DNA from: a virus
Direction: 5' to 3' (one strand)
DNA length: 64,000 nt
IMG/VR virus record: IMGVR_UViG_3300037346_000220
Location: 1 to 64,000 of that record
Positions 46,820-56,285 of the stretch are shown here, piece after piece. The number at the start of each line of letters is the position of its first letter. Position 1 is the stretch's first letter. The notes below the pieces were generated by a model. It did no database searches. It was not told where the DNA came from and saw only the letters and a list, made by a program, of their open reading frames with translations. Made by a program: the position numbers and the translations under genes.

Positions 46820-47454
46820 TGTCAACAGTTAGCTCAGCAGGAAAAGTTGCATATGTATATGACGAAGGAACTGATACGTGGTTCCCCGTAGCTGGCTCTG
46901 CAAACACTTCAGAAGACTATAGCTGGTCAGGAAGCCACAGGTTTTCTAATTCCGTATCCTTTGACCAAGTTGTTGGGTCCAAAGCTGGAGTTAACAATTT
47001 CTCGGGTCCAGCAGAAAGAGACCTAGCTATCCCCACACCCGTCAATGGTGTAGTAGCTTTCTTAAGAACCGATACTTCAGGAAAACAGGTAAACAACATT
47101 CAGTATTACCACAACGGTACTTGGAGAGTTTATGGAGACAACGCAAACCTTGTAGAAAAAACCTCAAACTACTCCTTGACGTTGGGGGACGGAGGTAAGA
47201 CATTTATGATGACATCTTCTTCCCAAGTTGGAGTTTCTATTCCTACCAACGCTTCCGTTTCATACCCTATAGGAACTCAATTTGCTTTTATTCAAACTGG
47301 AACTGGAAGCATTGTCTTCTCCCCTATAGAGACTAATACAACTACAATCTTAAGCAAGAACAATAATAGGAAAACAGCATCACAGATCTCTCAGGCTATT
47401 CTGGTCAAAAAAGAAGCAGACGTCTGGATGCTGATGGGCGACCTTACTGCCTAG
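46819..47454 (+). CDS. Short fibre/adaptor with C-terminal domain shared with 52710 and 56286
   Basis: IPTNASV.YPIG...IQ.G.G...K....S.A.L.K...D.W...GDL. Confidence 0.75.
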   Translation: MSTVSSAGKVAYVYDEGTDTWFPVAGSANTSEDYSWSGSHRFSNSVSFDQVVGSKAGVNNFSGPAERDLAIPTPVNGVVAFLRTDTSGKQVNNIQYYHNGTWRVYGDNANLVEKTSNYSLTLGDGGKTFMMTSSSQVGVSIPTNASVSYPIGTQFAFIQTGTGSIVFSPIETNTTTILSKNNNRKTASQISQAILVKKEADVWMLMGDLTA

Positions 47455-47462
47455 GAGGCAAG

Positions 47463-48278
47463 ATGATAGGCATAGGCGGAAAGTTTGCATCCTCTAAAGG
47501 AATGGTCGCAGTACCTTCAATTATAGGATTGACAGTATCCCAAGCTCACATAGCAATCCAGAATTCTGGACTTGAAATTGGTACTCAGGGAAGCACTAGT
47601 GGGTCCTCAAGTCAAAACGGAAAACTAGCCTCTCAAACAACGCCTTCTGGAACTCTTGTAGATTACGAAAGCACCATAGGGTTTGCTGTATACCTCTATA
47701 CTGCCCCAAGCGCCCCCTCAGGACCTTACCTAGTATCTACAAACACTGGTCCTAACTGTGGTACAGTTCTTGCAACAGGAATCATTTCACAAACCTGTGT
47801 GGGAAACAATTATGTAACTATTGTAGGAACTCAGAACGTAACAACGTACCGCTATAATTACTCCGATGGAACCTCCTCCTCTGGATACTCAGTTTGCTTT
47901 TCAGGACAGCAAGAATCATCAGTACCCTCTCAAGCCTGTGCTGATCAAAATGCCCCACTGCCCCCACCGCCTGTCCCCTCTAACTGTACATCATGCACCA
48001 ATGGAAGCTATACTTACTCGGGATCTGATTCAGGTTGTGCCTCTGGTAACGCCTGGTACAGCGTCTGTATTTTTAACTCTGGCTGCCAACCAGCCTCATC
48101 AACATCTAGAAACTGTGTCCCAGTTCCACGTCCACCAGAGCCCGTAAAATGCAAATGCACGGCTGGCTGTGGGGCTACCTGGAGTGGTGCCTGCACTGGC
48201 GGCACCCAAGTCCAAGCCATAAGGTGCACAGCCTGTGACTGTAGCTCATCTGTACGAAGCTGGACCAACCCCTGCTAG
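47463..48278 (+). CDS. PASTA-domain protein with Cys-rich C-terminus
   Basis: VPSIIGLTVSQA...IQNSGL...SQT.PSG..V (PASTA); about 16 Cys downstream, PPPP linker. Confidence 0.75.
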   Translation: MIGIGGKFASSKGMVAVPSIIGLTVSQAHIAIQNSGLEIGTQGSTSGSSSQNGKLASQTTPSGTLVDYESTIGFAVYLYTAPSAPSGPYLVSTNTGPNCGTVLATGIISQTCVGNNYVTIVGTQNVTTYRYNYSDGTSSSGYSVCFSGQQESSVPSQACADQNAPLPPPPVPSNCTSCTNGSYTYSGSDSGCASGNAWYSVCIFNSGCQPASSTSRNCVPVPRPPEPVKCKCTAGCGATWSGACTGGTQVQAIRCTACDCSSSVRSWTNPC

Positions 48279-48296
48279 ATATGTTATACTCTGTAT

Positions 48297-48527
48297 ATGG
48301 GTATTAGATATTTTGCATTTGTAGTGGGAGAAGATGTTTCAACAGTCTTTGCTGTAGACGACGAGCAATCATACAATAAAGCGGTTATCGCTGGCTTGCG
48401 CTCAGGACCCGTAATCATAGAGACAGATGAGTCTCAAGTTTCTTTAGGTTGGAAGTATCGAGATGGAGAGTTTCTTCCTCCGTTTTTAGGTGATGATGAG
48501 GGGCCAGGGTACGAGATAGATGACTAA
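48297..48527 (+). CDS. Tail-fibre-assembly-chaperone-like small protein
   Basis: FAFVV...P.I...V..GWKY.DG.F..P; paralogs 58999 and C-terminus of 59967. Confidence 0.55.
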   Translation: MGIRYFAFVVGEDVSTVFAVDDEQSYNKAVIAGLRSGPVIIETDESQVSLGWKYRDGEFLPPFLGDDEGPGYEIDD

Positions 48528-48771
48528 TGCCTGGGACAGGTACAAAGAAAAACTAGGAGACACCAGACCTTGGGATCTTTTAAACCCCAACACAGTTTAC
48601 GCAGACAAGTCTGTTGCCCAAGAGAGATACAGCATCTGCAAGGCCTGCCCAAAACTTTTACCAACAAAGCAATGCGACGAATGTAAGTGCTTTATGAAAG
48701 TTAAGGTTACTCTTGCAGAAGCAGAATGCCCATTACATAAATGGGGTAAGTCTAACCAGGAAACTGATTAA
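48520..48771 (+). CDS. Six-Cys small protein
   Basis: RYSICKAC...CDECKCFM..K.....CP.HKW. Confidence 0.75.
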   Translation: MTNAWDRYKEKLGDTRPWDLLNPNTVYADKSVAQERYSICKACPKLLPTKQCDECKCFMKVKVTLAEAECPLHKWGKSNQETD

Positions 48772-49339
48772 GCATAGCCTTAGCTTTTTCGCTAGTAGTC
48801 CAAGCACTCCAGGAAGAGCCTCCGTCAGAGATTACATATGCAACTCTAGAGTTTACTTCAGGGCTAAAGAGTTCTTCATTAGTTTTAAGACCATGTTGCT
48901 TGAGTCTTGCTGGACCCATGCTCCCAATCATGTTGATCTGAAAAAGACCGTAAGAGTTGTCTCCAGTACTTGAGTTTTGGTTATGAGCATAGAGCCTGTT
49001 TGTTGATTCAAGCTTTACTACAGCCCAAGCCATCTGCAACCCTTTACCAGAAAATCCAGCGTTCTCTAAAACTGATATAAGATCTGTGTCAGACAAGACC
49101 ATCTTCTGAAAATCTTCTCTAAGCCAGGGCTGGGTTGTTTTGATAGAAACCTCTAGCCTGGAAAAACTTCTAGATTCTGATAATACTTCTATAAGGTTCA
49201 TTCTGTTGCCGACAGAAAGTGTTTGTGTGATTTCTAATTCTTTAGCAAAGGCTCGTGGGGTTTCAATTTCGTTACACTGGCTAACACCAGTCAAAATTCC
49301 TGCGACGATACCAAGGGAAACAATGGCTTTTTTCTCCAT
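48752..49339 (-). CDS. Lysozyme-like/SLT transglycosylase with N-terminal anchor
   Basis: AGF.G..L..AWAV...ES, HN.....GDNSYGLFQIN, N...AY.IS.GG..W.AW. Confidence 0.85.
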   Translation of the reverse strand: MEKKAIVSLGIVAGILTGVSQCNEIETPRAFAKELEITQTLSVGNRMNLIEVLSESRSFSRLEVSIKTTQPWLREDFQKMVLSDTDLISVLENAGFSGKGLQMAWAVVKLESTNRLYAHNQNSSTGDNSYGLFQINMIGSMGPARLKQHGLKTNEELFSPEVNSRVAYVISDGGSSWSAWTTSEKAKAMLNQFPG

Positions 49340-49417
49340 AAGATAACATTATACCAGGGTTATTGTCCTAAATCAACCTTGCGATGTAATCTTAAAGTAT
49401 TATGGTATACTTTTACT

Positions 49418-49792
49418 ATGGCAACCCAAAGAGGATCAACGAACTCATACGAAGTAGGAAACACTCCACCAAAAGTATCTTGGACGGTTGTCCGTGGTGA
49501 CACGGCGTCATTTCGGGTATATGTAACTGACGACAATAAGGTTTCCTTAAACATTCCCGACTGGGACATAAAGATGGACATAAAAAGAGCTGGGACCTTG
49601 GTTATGTCTTTGAGCCCCTCAGCAATCTTAGGAGAGGCCCCAGGAGAGTTTACGGTTTCTCTTCTGTCCTCTCAGTCAGAAATTTTAGAAACAGGAGATG
49701 TCTTCGATATACAGCTAACTTCCAACCCAGCACTCTACGTATGGACAGTTGCAAGTGGCAGCTTAGTAATCTTTGAGGATGTAACAAAATAA
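49418..49792 (+). CDS. Virion protein (RGDT-type), leaderless
   Basis: WTVVRGDTASFRV, FDIQL, VWTV..G.....EDVT; TATACT 49406-49411. Confidence 0.7.
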   Translation: MATQRGSTNSYEVGNTPPKVSWTVVRGDTASFRVYVTDDNKVSLNIPDWDIKMDIKRAGTLVMSLSPSAILGEAPGEFTVSLLSSQSEILETGDVFDIQLTSNPALYVWTVASGSLVIFEDVTK

Positions 49793-50097
49793 TGGCTTCA
49801 TCAGCTATTCTTAAGCAAACTCAAAAAGTTGAGATGCAAACAAAGTTCTTCCCTAAAGCCACATTCCTTTCTGGTGAGTCAACATCTCTGAAGATAACAG
49901 ACCTTGTCCATAACACCGAAAAAGTCCAGTCCGCACATTTTTCAAACTCAAAAGCCTTTGCTAACGAAAGAGCAGCTTTAGTATCTGAAAGACTCCCATT
50001 TCGGGTGAGAATAACCAATTTGGGAGTGGCTTATGGCCCCAGCCACCCTGCTCCCATTGGAATTGCCATACTGGGTTTGAACAACTATATACTTTAA
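49792..50097 (+). CDS. Putative virion protein
   Basis: Coupled ORF; C-terminal PAPIGIAILG. Confidence 0.6.
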   Translation: MASSAILKQTQKVEMQTKFFPKATFLSGESTSLKITDLVHNTEKVQSAHFSNSKAFANERAALVSERLPFRVRITNLGVAYGPSHPAPIGIAILGLNNYIL

Positions 50098-50129
50098 AAA
50101 CTTTAAAAAATACCCCCTATAATGTATAT

Positions 50130-50576
50130 ATGGCTAGAGTATCAATCCCTTATGTAAAGACCAGGTTCGAGACTGGCGACCGCCCAGAACAGGCGGACTA
50201 TCAAGACCTGATAGACACAGCAGCAGGCCAGGCAACTGATCTGGGAACCGCTGGAAACAACGAGAACACTATTGCTGGTATTGAAAACATCACGGTAATT
50301 GACAGCTTTGACGCTAGTCAGTGGAGACTTGTTAAGTACTTGGTTTCAATCTCAAAGACTTCATTCGGAGACAATAAGTTTTACGCAACAGAACTTTCCA
50401 TACTGGTAGACGGCACAGATATATCTGTCACAGAGTACGGAGTAATAGACAATGATGGGAATATGGGCACCATCGATGTTTCTAGAACTGGAGATACCGT
50501 TGCATTGACGGTGACCCCTGATTCAGTAATCAAGCCAGTGACCGTGCGATTTGCTCGCATGGGTCTCAAGGCCTAA
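50130..50576 (+). CDS. Virion protein
   Basis: FETGDRP...DY.DLIDT; KYLV...TEYG domain shared with C-terminus of 50594. Confidence 0.7.
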   Translation: MARVSIPYVKTRFETGDRPEQADYQDLIDTAAGQATDLGTAGNNENTIAGIENITVIDSFDASQWRLVKYLVSISKTSFGDNKFYATELSILVDGTDISVTEYGVIDNDGNMGTIDVSRTGDTVALTVTPDSVIKPVTVRFARMGLKA

Positions 50577-50593
50577 CTAGGAGATTAAAAAAA

Positions 50594-52150
50594 ATGGCAA
50601 CAGTTAATAAAGATTTCAAGGTAAAAGCTGGCTTAGTCGTTGAGGGTGCCTCAGGTACCATTAATGGCTATAGCGTACTAACAGAGGCTCAGGCCAGCAT
50701 AGACTTCATCGTAAACACTATTGGGGGAACAGCTACATCAACATCGACTCCAAATACTGTAGTGAAGCGTGACGAGAACTCAGACTTTTCAGCAGGAGTA
50801 ATAACTGCAGACATAGTCGGAAGCCTTACTGGTGACGTAACTGGAAACTCTGATACCTCAACAGCTTTAGAGACTCCGAGGACTATCTCCGTAAGTGGCG
50901 ATGCTGTCGGTTCTGTATCTTTTGATGGAACATCTGACGTATCAATTGCAATCACCTTAGACTCAGCATTTGCTACCGATGTAGAGGTTGGTACCTCTAA
51001 GAGTGAAGCTGTAACCGAAGCTGCTTCTTACACAGACGGAGAAATTTCTACTCTAGAAGCTTCCTTGCAGTCTTATGCCGATCTAGCTCAGTCAGATGCA
51101 GAGACTTCTGCTGCCTCTTACACAGACGCTCGTGAATCAGCTATTACCTCTGCATACCAAAGCTACACAGATACAGCAGAAGCTGATGCAAACACATATG
51201 CAGACTCTGCAATCGCAGCTCTAATCGGAGGAGCCCCAGAGCTTCTAGACACTCTTAATGAACTAGCAGAGGCTATTGCCGATGACCAAAACTTCTCAGC
51301 AACAGTAGTTAACGACATTGCAGCAGGTCTTGTAACAGCTAAGGACTACACAGACACCCGTGAAGGTCTTATCACTACAGCCTACCAGGGTTATGCAGAC
51401 ACTGCTGAAGCCGATGCGATCTCTACCGCAGCTTCAGATGCAACTGCTAAAGCCGACACAGCAGAGTCAGAAGCAAATAGCTACACTGACACCGAAATTG
51501 CCACAGAGGTTAGCAGTCGTAACACAGCTATTACTACAGCTGTTGACGCCCTAGATACAGACGCTATAGAGGAAGGTTCTTCAAACTTCTATTTCACTGA
51601 TGAAAGAGCTCAGGATGCTGTCGCAGCCTCCATTGCTGCTGGTTCACACCAAAACATTACTGTGACTTACGATGATGCTCTTGGCTCTCTAACTCTTGTT
51701 GCAGAAAACGGAGTAGCAGATTCTGACACGGACGATTTGGTAGAAGGTTCCACAAACTTGTACTTCTCAAGTGCACGTGCGGTGGCAGCTCTGGAAGCAG
51801 TAGTCCCTAACTTTACAGAGGTAGACCTTAACTCAGTTGCAACTCAAGTAGCTGCTACTCAAACAGTCTCTACCGCAAGTCAAGTCGTAGGATATTCCTT
51901 TAGCGGTACTTCCTACAGGACAGCAGAATTTGTAGTAAAATCTGCTTCAGGTGTGCACACAGAAGTTTCAAAGGTTCTTTTAACTTTGGACACAGCAAAC
52001 AATATTTCCATTACCGAGTACGGAGTAGTAGGAACTAATGGTTCTCTATCAACTCTTTCTGCAGGTATGGATGGGAACACGGTTCAGCTACTAGTTACAA
52101 CCCTTAACAACGGCACAGATGTTACAGTTGTTGGTACACTAGTAGTATAG
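50594..52150 (+). CDS. Tail fibre-like protein
   Basis: KDFKVK.G start, TPRTI..SGD..GSVSFDG, A.SYTD repeats, APELLDTLNELA, EGS.N.YF repeats. Confidence 0.85.
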   Translation: MATVNKDFKVKAGLVVEGASGTINGYSVLTEAQASIDFIVNTIGGTATSTSTPNTVVKRDENSDFSAGVITADIVGSLTGDVTGNSDTSTALETPRTISVSGDAVGSVSFDGTSDVSIAITLDSAFATDVEVGTSKSEAVTEAASYTDGEISTLEASLQSYADLAQSDAETSAASYTDARESAITSAYQSYTDTAEADANTYADSAIAALIGGAPELLDTLNELAEAIADDQNFSATVVNDIAAGLVTAKDYTDTREGLITTAYQGYADTAEADAISTAASDATAKADTAESEANSYTDTEIATEVSSRNTAITTAVDALDTDAIEEGSSNFYFTDERAQDAVAASIAAGSHQNITVTYDDALGSLTLVAENGVADSDTDDLVEGSTNLYFSSARAVAALEAVVPNFTEVDLNSVATQVAATQTVSTASQVVGYSFSGTSYRTAEFVVKSASGVHTEVSKVLLTLDTANNISITEYGVVGTNGSLSTLSAGMDGNTVQLLVTTLNNGTDVTVVGTLVV

Positions 52151-52185
52151 TTTCATACAACAATAGAGGCAGGAGGAAGCAATAG

Positions 52186-52644
52186 ATGGCGCTAAGCGAA
52201 AAAGACTTTAAGGTCAAAAATGGAATCCAGGTATCTGGAGACGCTGTAATTGGTGGAACTATAACCGCAGCATCTCCAACATTGGGCAGCCATGTTGTAA
52301 CTTTGGAATATTTTACAGAGAATGCAAACTCTGGCTTTAAGGCACAATCTGTTGCTCCTGTTTCCCCTACTGATGGAGACCACTACTTCGACACTGCTAC
52401 CCAGAGACTAAACGTTTTTTACGATGGCTCCTGGATAACTATGGCCTCAGTAGAAGATACCCAGAATATCCCACAACACATTCACGACACTTCGATTGAC
52501 GGTTCTGGGCTAATAGTTTCAAGATTTACAGATGCAGCATCCCCCACCAGTCCACAGGGAGCACCAGTGGATGGCGGAGGAGTTTCAACCACATCATGGG
52601 ATTCAGTACTTGACGGTGGCTCAGTTTTAGATAACTTCAATTAG
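52186..52644 (+). CDS. Short fibre/adaptor protein
   Basis: KDFKVKNG start; P.SP.DGD.YFD; DGG motifs. Confidence 0.7.
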   Translation: MALSEKDFKVKNGIQVSGDAVIGGTITAASPTLGSHVVTLEYFTENANSGFKAQSVAPVSPTDGDHYFDTATQRLNVFYDGSWITMASVEDTQNIPQHIHDTSIDGSGLIVSRFTDAASPTSPQGAPVDGGGVSTTSWDSVLDGGSVLDNFN

Positions 52645-52709
52645 CCTAAAAAAGTTGGTATAATAGTAAAAGGCTTAAACGTGACACCCTAAAAGTAGGA
52701 GAATGGACT

Positions 52710-54560
52710 ATGGCAACAAGGATGCAACAGAGGCGTGGTACCGCAGCAGAGTGGACCAGCATTAACCCAGTTTTAGCTGGCGGAGAGATCGGCTATGAGT
52801 CAGACACTGGCCGTTTCAAAATGGGCGATGGAACAAACAATTGGGAGAACCTGTACACTTACGGCTCTATAGACTCAATTCTTGACGCAGCCCCAGAAAC
52901 TCTTAATACTCTAAATGAGCTGGCAGCAGCTATAAATGACGACCCCAGCTTCTACACAAATGTCGGTCTAGCAGTCTCAACCGCAAAGACCGAAGCTATA
53001 TCTGAAGCAGGAACATATGCAGACCTCCTTATTGGAGATGGAACTGTCGACGGAACATCTGGAAATACAGTAACAGCCAGAATTCAATCTGCGATCAGTG
53101 ACCTTGTTGGTGATGCACCTGGAGCACTAGACACTCTAAACGAGCTCGCAGCAGCACTTGGCGATGACTCAAACTATGCAGCAACCATAACACAGATTGT
53201 CTCTAACATCCAGCAAAGCGTAATTGACGCAACAACGTCTCTTAACGAAGGTATAGCCCTTGCCAGAACAGATCTGGGAGCAGATATTGACTCTGGAATC
53301 GCAGATGAAGTAACAAACAGAGACAGTGCAATCTCAGCAGCTGTAGACCTGGAGGCAACTGCCAGAGGCTTAGCCATCGCAGCAGATAGCTCAGACACCC
53401 TAGATGCGTACACTTTGGCAGTAGCTGCCGAGGCAACGGCTAGAGAAGCAGCAATCACCGACCTAGGCACAACGATAACTACAGCATATCAGGACTACGC
53501 CGATACAGCCGAATCTGATGCAATTGCGACCTCTTCGACAGACGCAAGCAGCAAAGCAGATGACGCACAATCAGCTGCAGAGCTAACAGCTTCAATAGCT
53601 TTGACGTCTCACAATGACGCTACTACGTCTGTGCACGGTATTGCAGACACCTCGGTGCTTGCCACAAAAACAGACGTGAGTACGGCACAGACAAATGCTG
53701 AGAGTTATGCAGATGGCCTTTCAGGTAACTATGATGCAGTAGGTTCAGCTTCTACAGCTCAGGATGCAGCAGAGTCTACTGCAGCCTTAGCTCTGACAGC
53801 GCATAATGACGATACTACCTCGGTGCACGGAATTGTGGATACCTCAAAACTAGTTCTTACAGAGGCTGCAAGTCAGACAATCACTGGAGACTTTATTGTT
53901 ACTGGAGATCTGACTGTTTCGGGAACGACAACCACAATCGATACTGCAAATTTTGAAACAACTGACCCTTTGATTGCACTTGGAGAAGGAAACGTTACAA
54001 ATGCAGTTGACCTTGGTTTTGTCTCAACATTCAATGACGGAGTCCAGCAAATAACTGGTTTCGCCAGAGATGCGTCCTCTGATACTTGGAAGTTGTTTAA
54101 GGGAGTTACTGACGTTCCAACTACAACTATTAACTTCGCCCAGGGATCCTTGGATGACCTATCAGTTAAAGATTTGTCTGCTGCTGTCGTAAATGCTGCT
54201 TCTGTGGTATTTGCAGACGGAACAACTCAAACTGTAGCAGCAGTGCCTTCCCTGACAGTATTCTCAGAAAAGACTGCTAGTTACACTCTAGACACCATCG
54301 ACCACAAGGACAACTTGGTTGAGGTAAACTCTGGTAGTGCAACTACATTTACTATCCCAACGAACGCCTCTTTGGCCTGGCCAGTAGGAGCTTCAATGGA
54401 TATTCTTCAGACTGGCTCTGGTCAGGTAACTATTTCCCCAGCAAGCGGAGTAACTCTAAACTTTACTCCTGGAAATAAGTTACGCACTCAGTGGTCATCT
54501 GCTACAATACTTAAAAGGTCTGCAGACTCATGGGTTGTCTACGGCGACCTAACAGCTTAA
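52710..54560 (+). CDS. Long tail fibre (Mtd_N-like N-terminus)
   Basis: RMQQRRGT..EW...NPVLA.GEIG.E.DT..FK.GDG; APETLNTLNELA and SVHGI.DT repeats; shared C-terminal domain. Confidence 0.88.
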   Translation: MATRMQQRRGTAAEWTSINPVLAGGEIGYESDTGRFKMGDGTNNWENLYTYGSIDSILDAAPETLNTLNELAAAINDDPSFYTNVGLAVSTAKTEAISEAGTYADLLIGDGTVDGTSGNTVTARIQSAISDLVGDAPGALDTLNELAAALGDDSNYAATITQIVSNIQQSVIDATTSLNEGIALARTDLGADIDSGIADEVTNRDSAISAAVDLEATARGLAIAADSSDTLDAYTLAVAAEATAREAAITDLGTTITTAYQDYADTAESDAIATSSTDASSKADDAQSAAELTASIALTSHNDATTSVHGIADTSVLATKTDVSTAQTNAESYADGLSGNYDAVGSASTAQDAAESTAALALTAHNDDTTSVHGIVDTSKLVLTEAASQTITGDFIVTGDLTVSGTTTTIDTANFETTDPLIALGEGNVTNAVDLGFVSTFNDGVQQITGFARDASSDTWKLFKGVTDVPTTTINFAQGSLDDLSVKDLSAAVVNAASVVFADGTTQTVAAVPSLTVFSEKTASYTLDTIDHKDNLVEVNSGSATTFTIPTNASLAWPVGASMDILQTGSGQVTISPASGVTLNFTPGNKLRTQWSSATILKRSADSWVVYGDLTA

Positions 54561-54582
54561 TAACTAGGAGAAGAGAAAAGAC

Positions 54583-55374
54583 ATGGCAAAAAAAGAAGCA
54601 GGCGGTAGGTCAGCATCACAGAATGACTTCCTGGAGCCACTAACACCAGTAAGCGTAACAGCTTCCAATGTCGGCACAAGCCGAGTATACAACGACGGAG
54701 CTGCCACAGTTTCATTTTCACTTCCAGCTAACTCACCAGCTGCAACTTCTTATTTAGTTACAGCCTCTACTGGACAAACGGGGACTGGATCTTCATCTCC
54801 AGTAACGGTAGAAGGGCTGGGTTCTTCCAGCACTCCAACTTTTACAGTTGTAGCTTCTAACGCATCTGGCGACTCAGGTTCCTCATCCGCTACAACGGCT
54901 ATTACAATAACCACAGTTCCAGCAACCATGGCAGCACCATCCGTTAGCACTCCAACTCCTTCATCAAGCACAAACCAAACAGGAACATCTACAGACTCAG
55001 TATCCTGGAGTGCACCAAACAATGGTGGATCCTCAATAACCACTTATCGCTGGACATCCTCTGATGGAAAGACGGGGACAGAAGCTGGAACATCTGTGTC
55101 AGTAAGCCAAGAGGGTGGCTCTGCTCAAACATATTCTGTTCGTGCAGAGAACTCTAACGGATCTGGATCTTACTCAAACAACTCTTCAAGCATAACCACT
55201 TTTGGATTTACTCCATTTAGTTTTGCTCCTTTTGGGTTTACACCATTTAGCTTTACTCCATTTAGCTTTACCCCCTTTGGAGCTTTTGGGTTTACCCCCT
55301 TTGGAGCTTTTGGGTTTACCCCGTTTAACTTTGCTCCTTTCGGATTCGCTCCATTTAACTTTTCACCCAGGTAA
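54583..55374 (+). CDS. Two FN3-like domains plus C-terminal F-x-F-x-P repeat tail
   Basis: VSWSAP.NGGS.IT.Y, Y.V.A.N..G; FGFTP/FSFTP/FNFAP repeats from 55201. Confidence 0.85.
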   Translation: MAKKEAGGRSASQNDFLEPLTPVSVTASNVGTSRVYNDGAATVSFSLPANSPAATSYLVTASTGQTGTGSSSPVTVEGLGSSSTPTFTVVASNASGDSGSSSATTAITITTVPATMAAPSVSTPTPSSSTNQTGTSTDSVSWSAPNNGGSSITTYRWTSSDGKTGTEAGTSVSVSQEGGSAQTYSVRAENSNGSGSYSNNSSSITTFGFTPFSFAPFGFTPFSFTPFSFTPFGAFGFTPFGAFGFTPFNFAPFGFAPFNFSPR

Positions 55375-55420
55375 TTCCACCTGTGTGATATAATTATTAA
55401 ATAGAGAAGGGGTCTTACCG

Positions 55421-56092
55421 ATGCAACCTGAAAAAGCCATGCCACAACCAATGCAAAGCCATTCTAAGTCAACTCAGCCACACAAGTTCTTTGAGTCATT
55501 TCTAGACAATGACTTGGAGTCTTTAGCAAATGAGTTACAGGCCAGGTACCAGCTAATTGAAAACGTTGAGATTAGAGGTGTCACTCCTGTCACCGAAGCA
55601 GATGGTTGGATAGACTCTGGCAGTGTTTCAACTATGAAGTGGCAACAATACAACGTCTTCCAGTTTAACATTCCTGGTGTTCATAACCTTTACAAGGCCT
55701 TGTCTGAGATGGTTCACGAAGCCTGTAATTACTATGGAATAGATTTTGAGTCACAGAAATTTGTAGTCCAAGGCTGGTTCAATATTAACCACACAAAGAC
55801 TGGGAAGCTAGATTGGCACGACCATGGCCCTGGAGGGGCCCCTCTATTTCACGGATACTATTCCGTAGCAGCAGAGCCTTCTGAGACACACTATATCGTA
55901 ACGAACCAGGAAAAAAGAATTAATCATAATGTCAACAATCGTGCAATCTTGTCAGAGATGGCCCACCCACATGCTATGGCAGATTGGTCTTGGGAAGGCC
56001 CAAGAATAACAATCGCATATGATGTTCTTCCTATGGAGCACCTAATACCAGGAGGACCAGGCCAGGAGCAACATTGGATACCTCTAATCTAA
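55421..56092 (+). CDS. 2OG-Fe(II) oxygenase-like protein
   Basis: GWFNIN, WHDH, HGYYSV, distal HPH, RITIAYD. Confidence 0.6.
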   Translation: MQPEKAMPQPMQSHSKSTQPHKFFESFLDNDLESLANELQARYQLIENVEIRGVTPVTEADGWIDSGSVSTMKWQQYNVFQFNIPGVHNLYKALSEMVHEACNYYGIDFESQKFVVQGWFNINHTKTGKLDWHDHGPGGAPLFHGYYSVAAEPSETHYIVTNQEKRINHNVNNRAILSEMAHPHAMADWSWEGPRITIAYDVLPMEHLIPGGPGQEQHWIPLI

Positions 56093-56229
56093 AAAAGATT
56101 TTATGCTTTATGGGAAAGCACGATATAGTCATAGCTACATGCCCATTCACTAAAGCAGAAGCCAAGTCCTGTACCAGGTGTGACTTTGGAGACTCTCACA
56201 AAAAAGACAGTGGCATGTCCTTTAGCTAA
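56074..56229 (+). CDS. Small Cys/His protein (not in ORF track)
   Basis: AGGAG RBS, TTG; LC..GKH....CPFT.....CTRC. Confidence 0.55.
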   Translation: MDTSNLKKILCFMGKHDIVIATCPFTKAEAKSCTRCDFGDSHKKDSGMSFS

Positions 56230-56285
56230 TAAAACAATGTTATACTTAACTATCCTGGTATTTTTATGCCAGATAGGAGATCATA

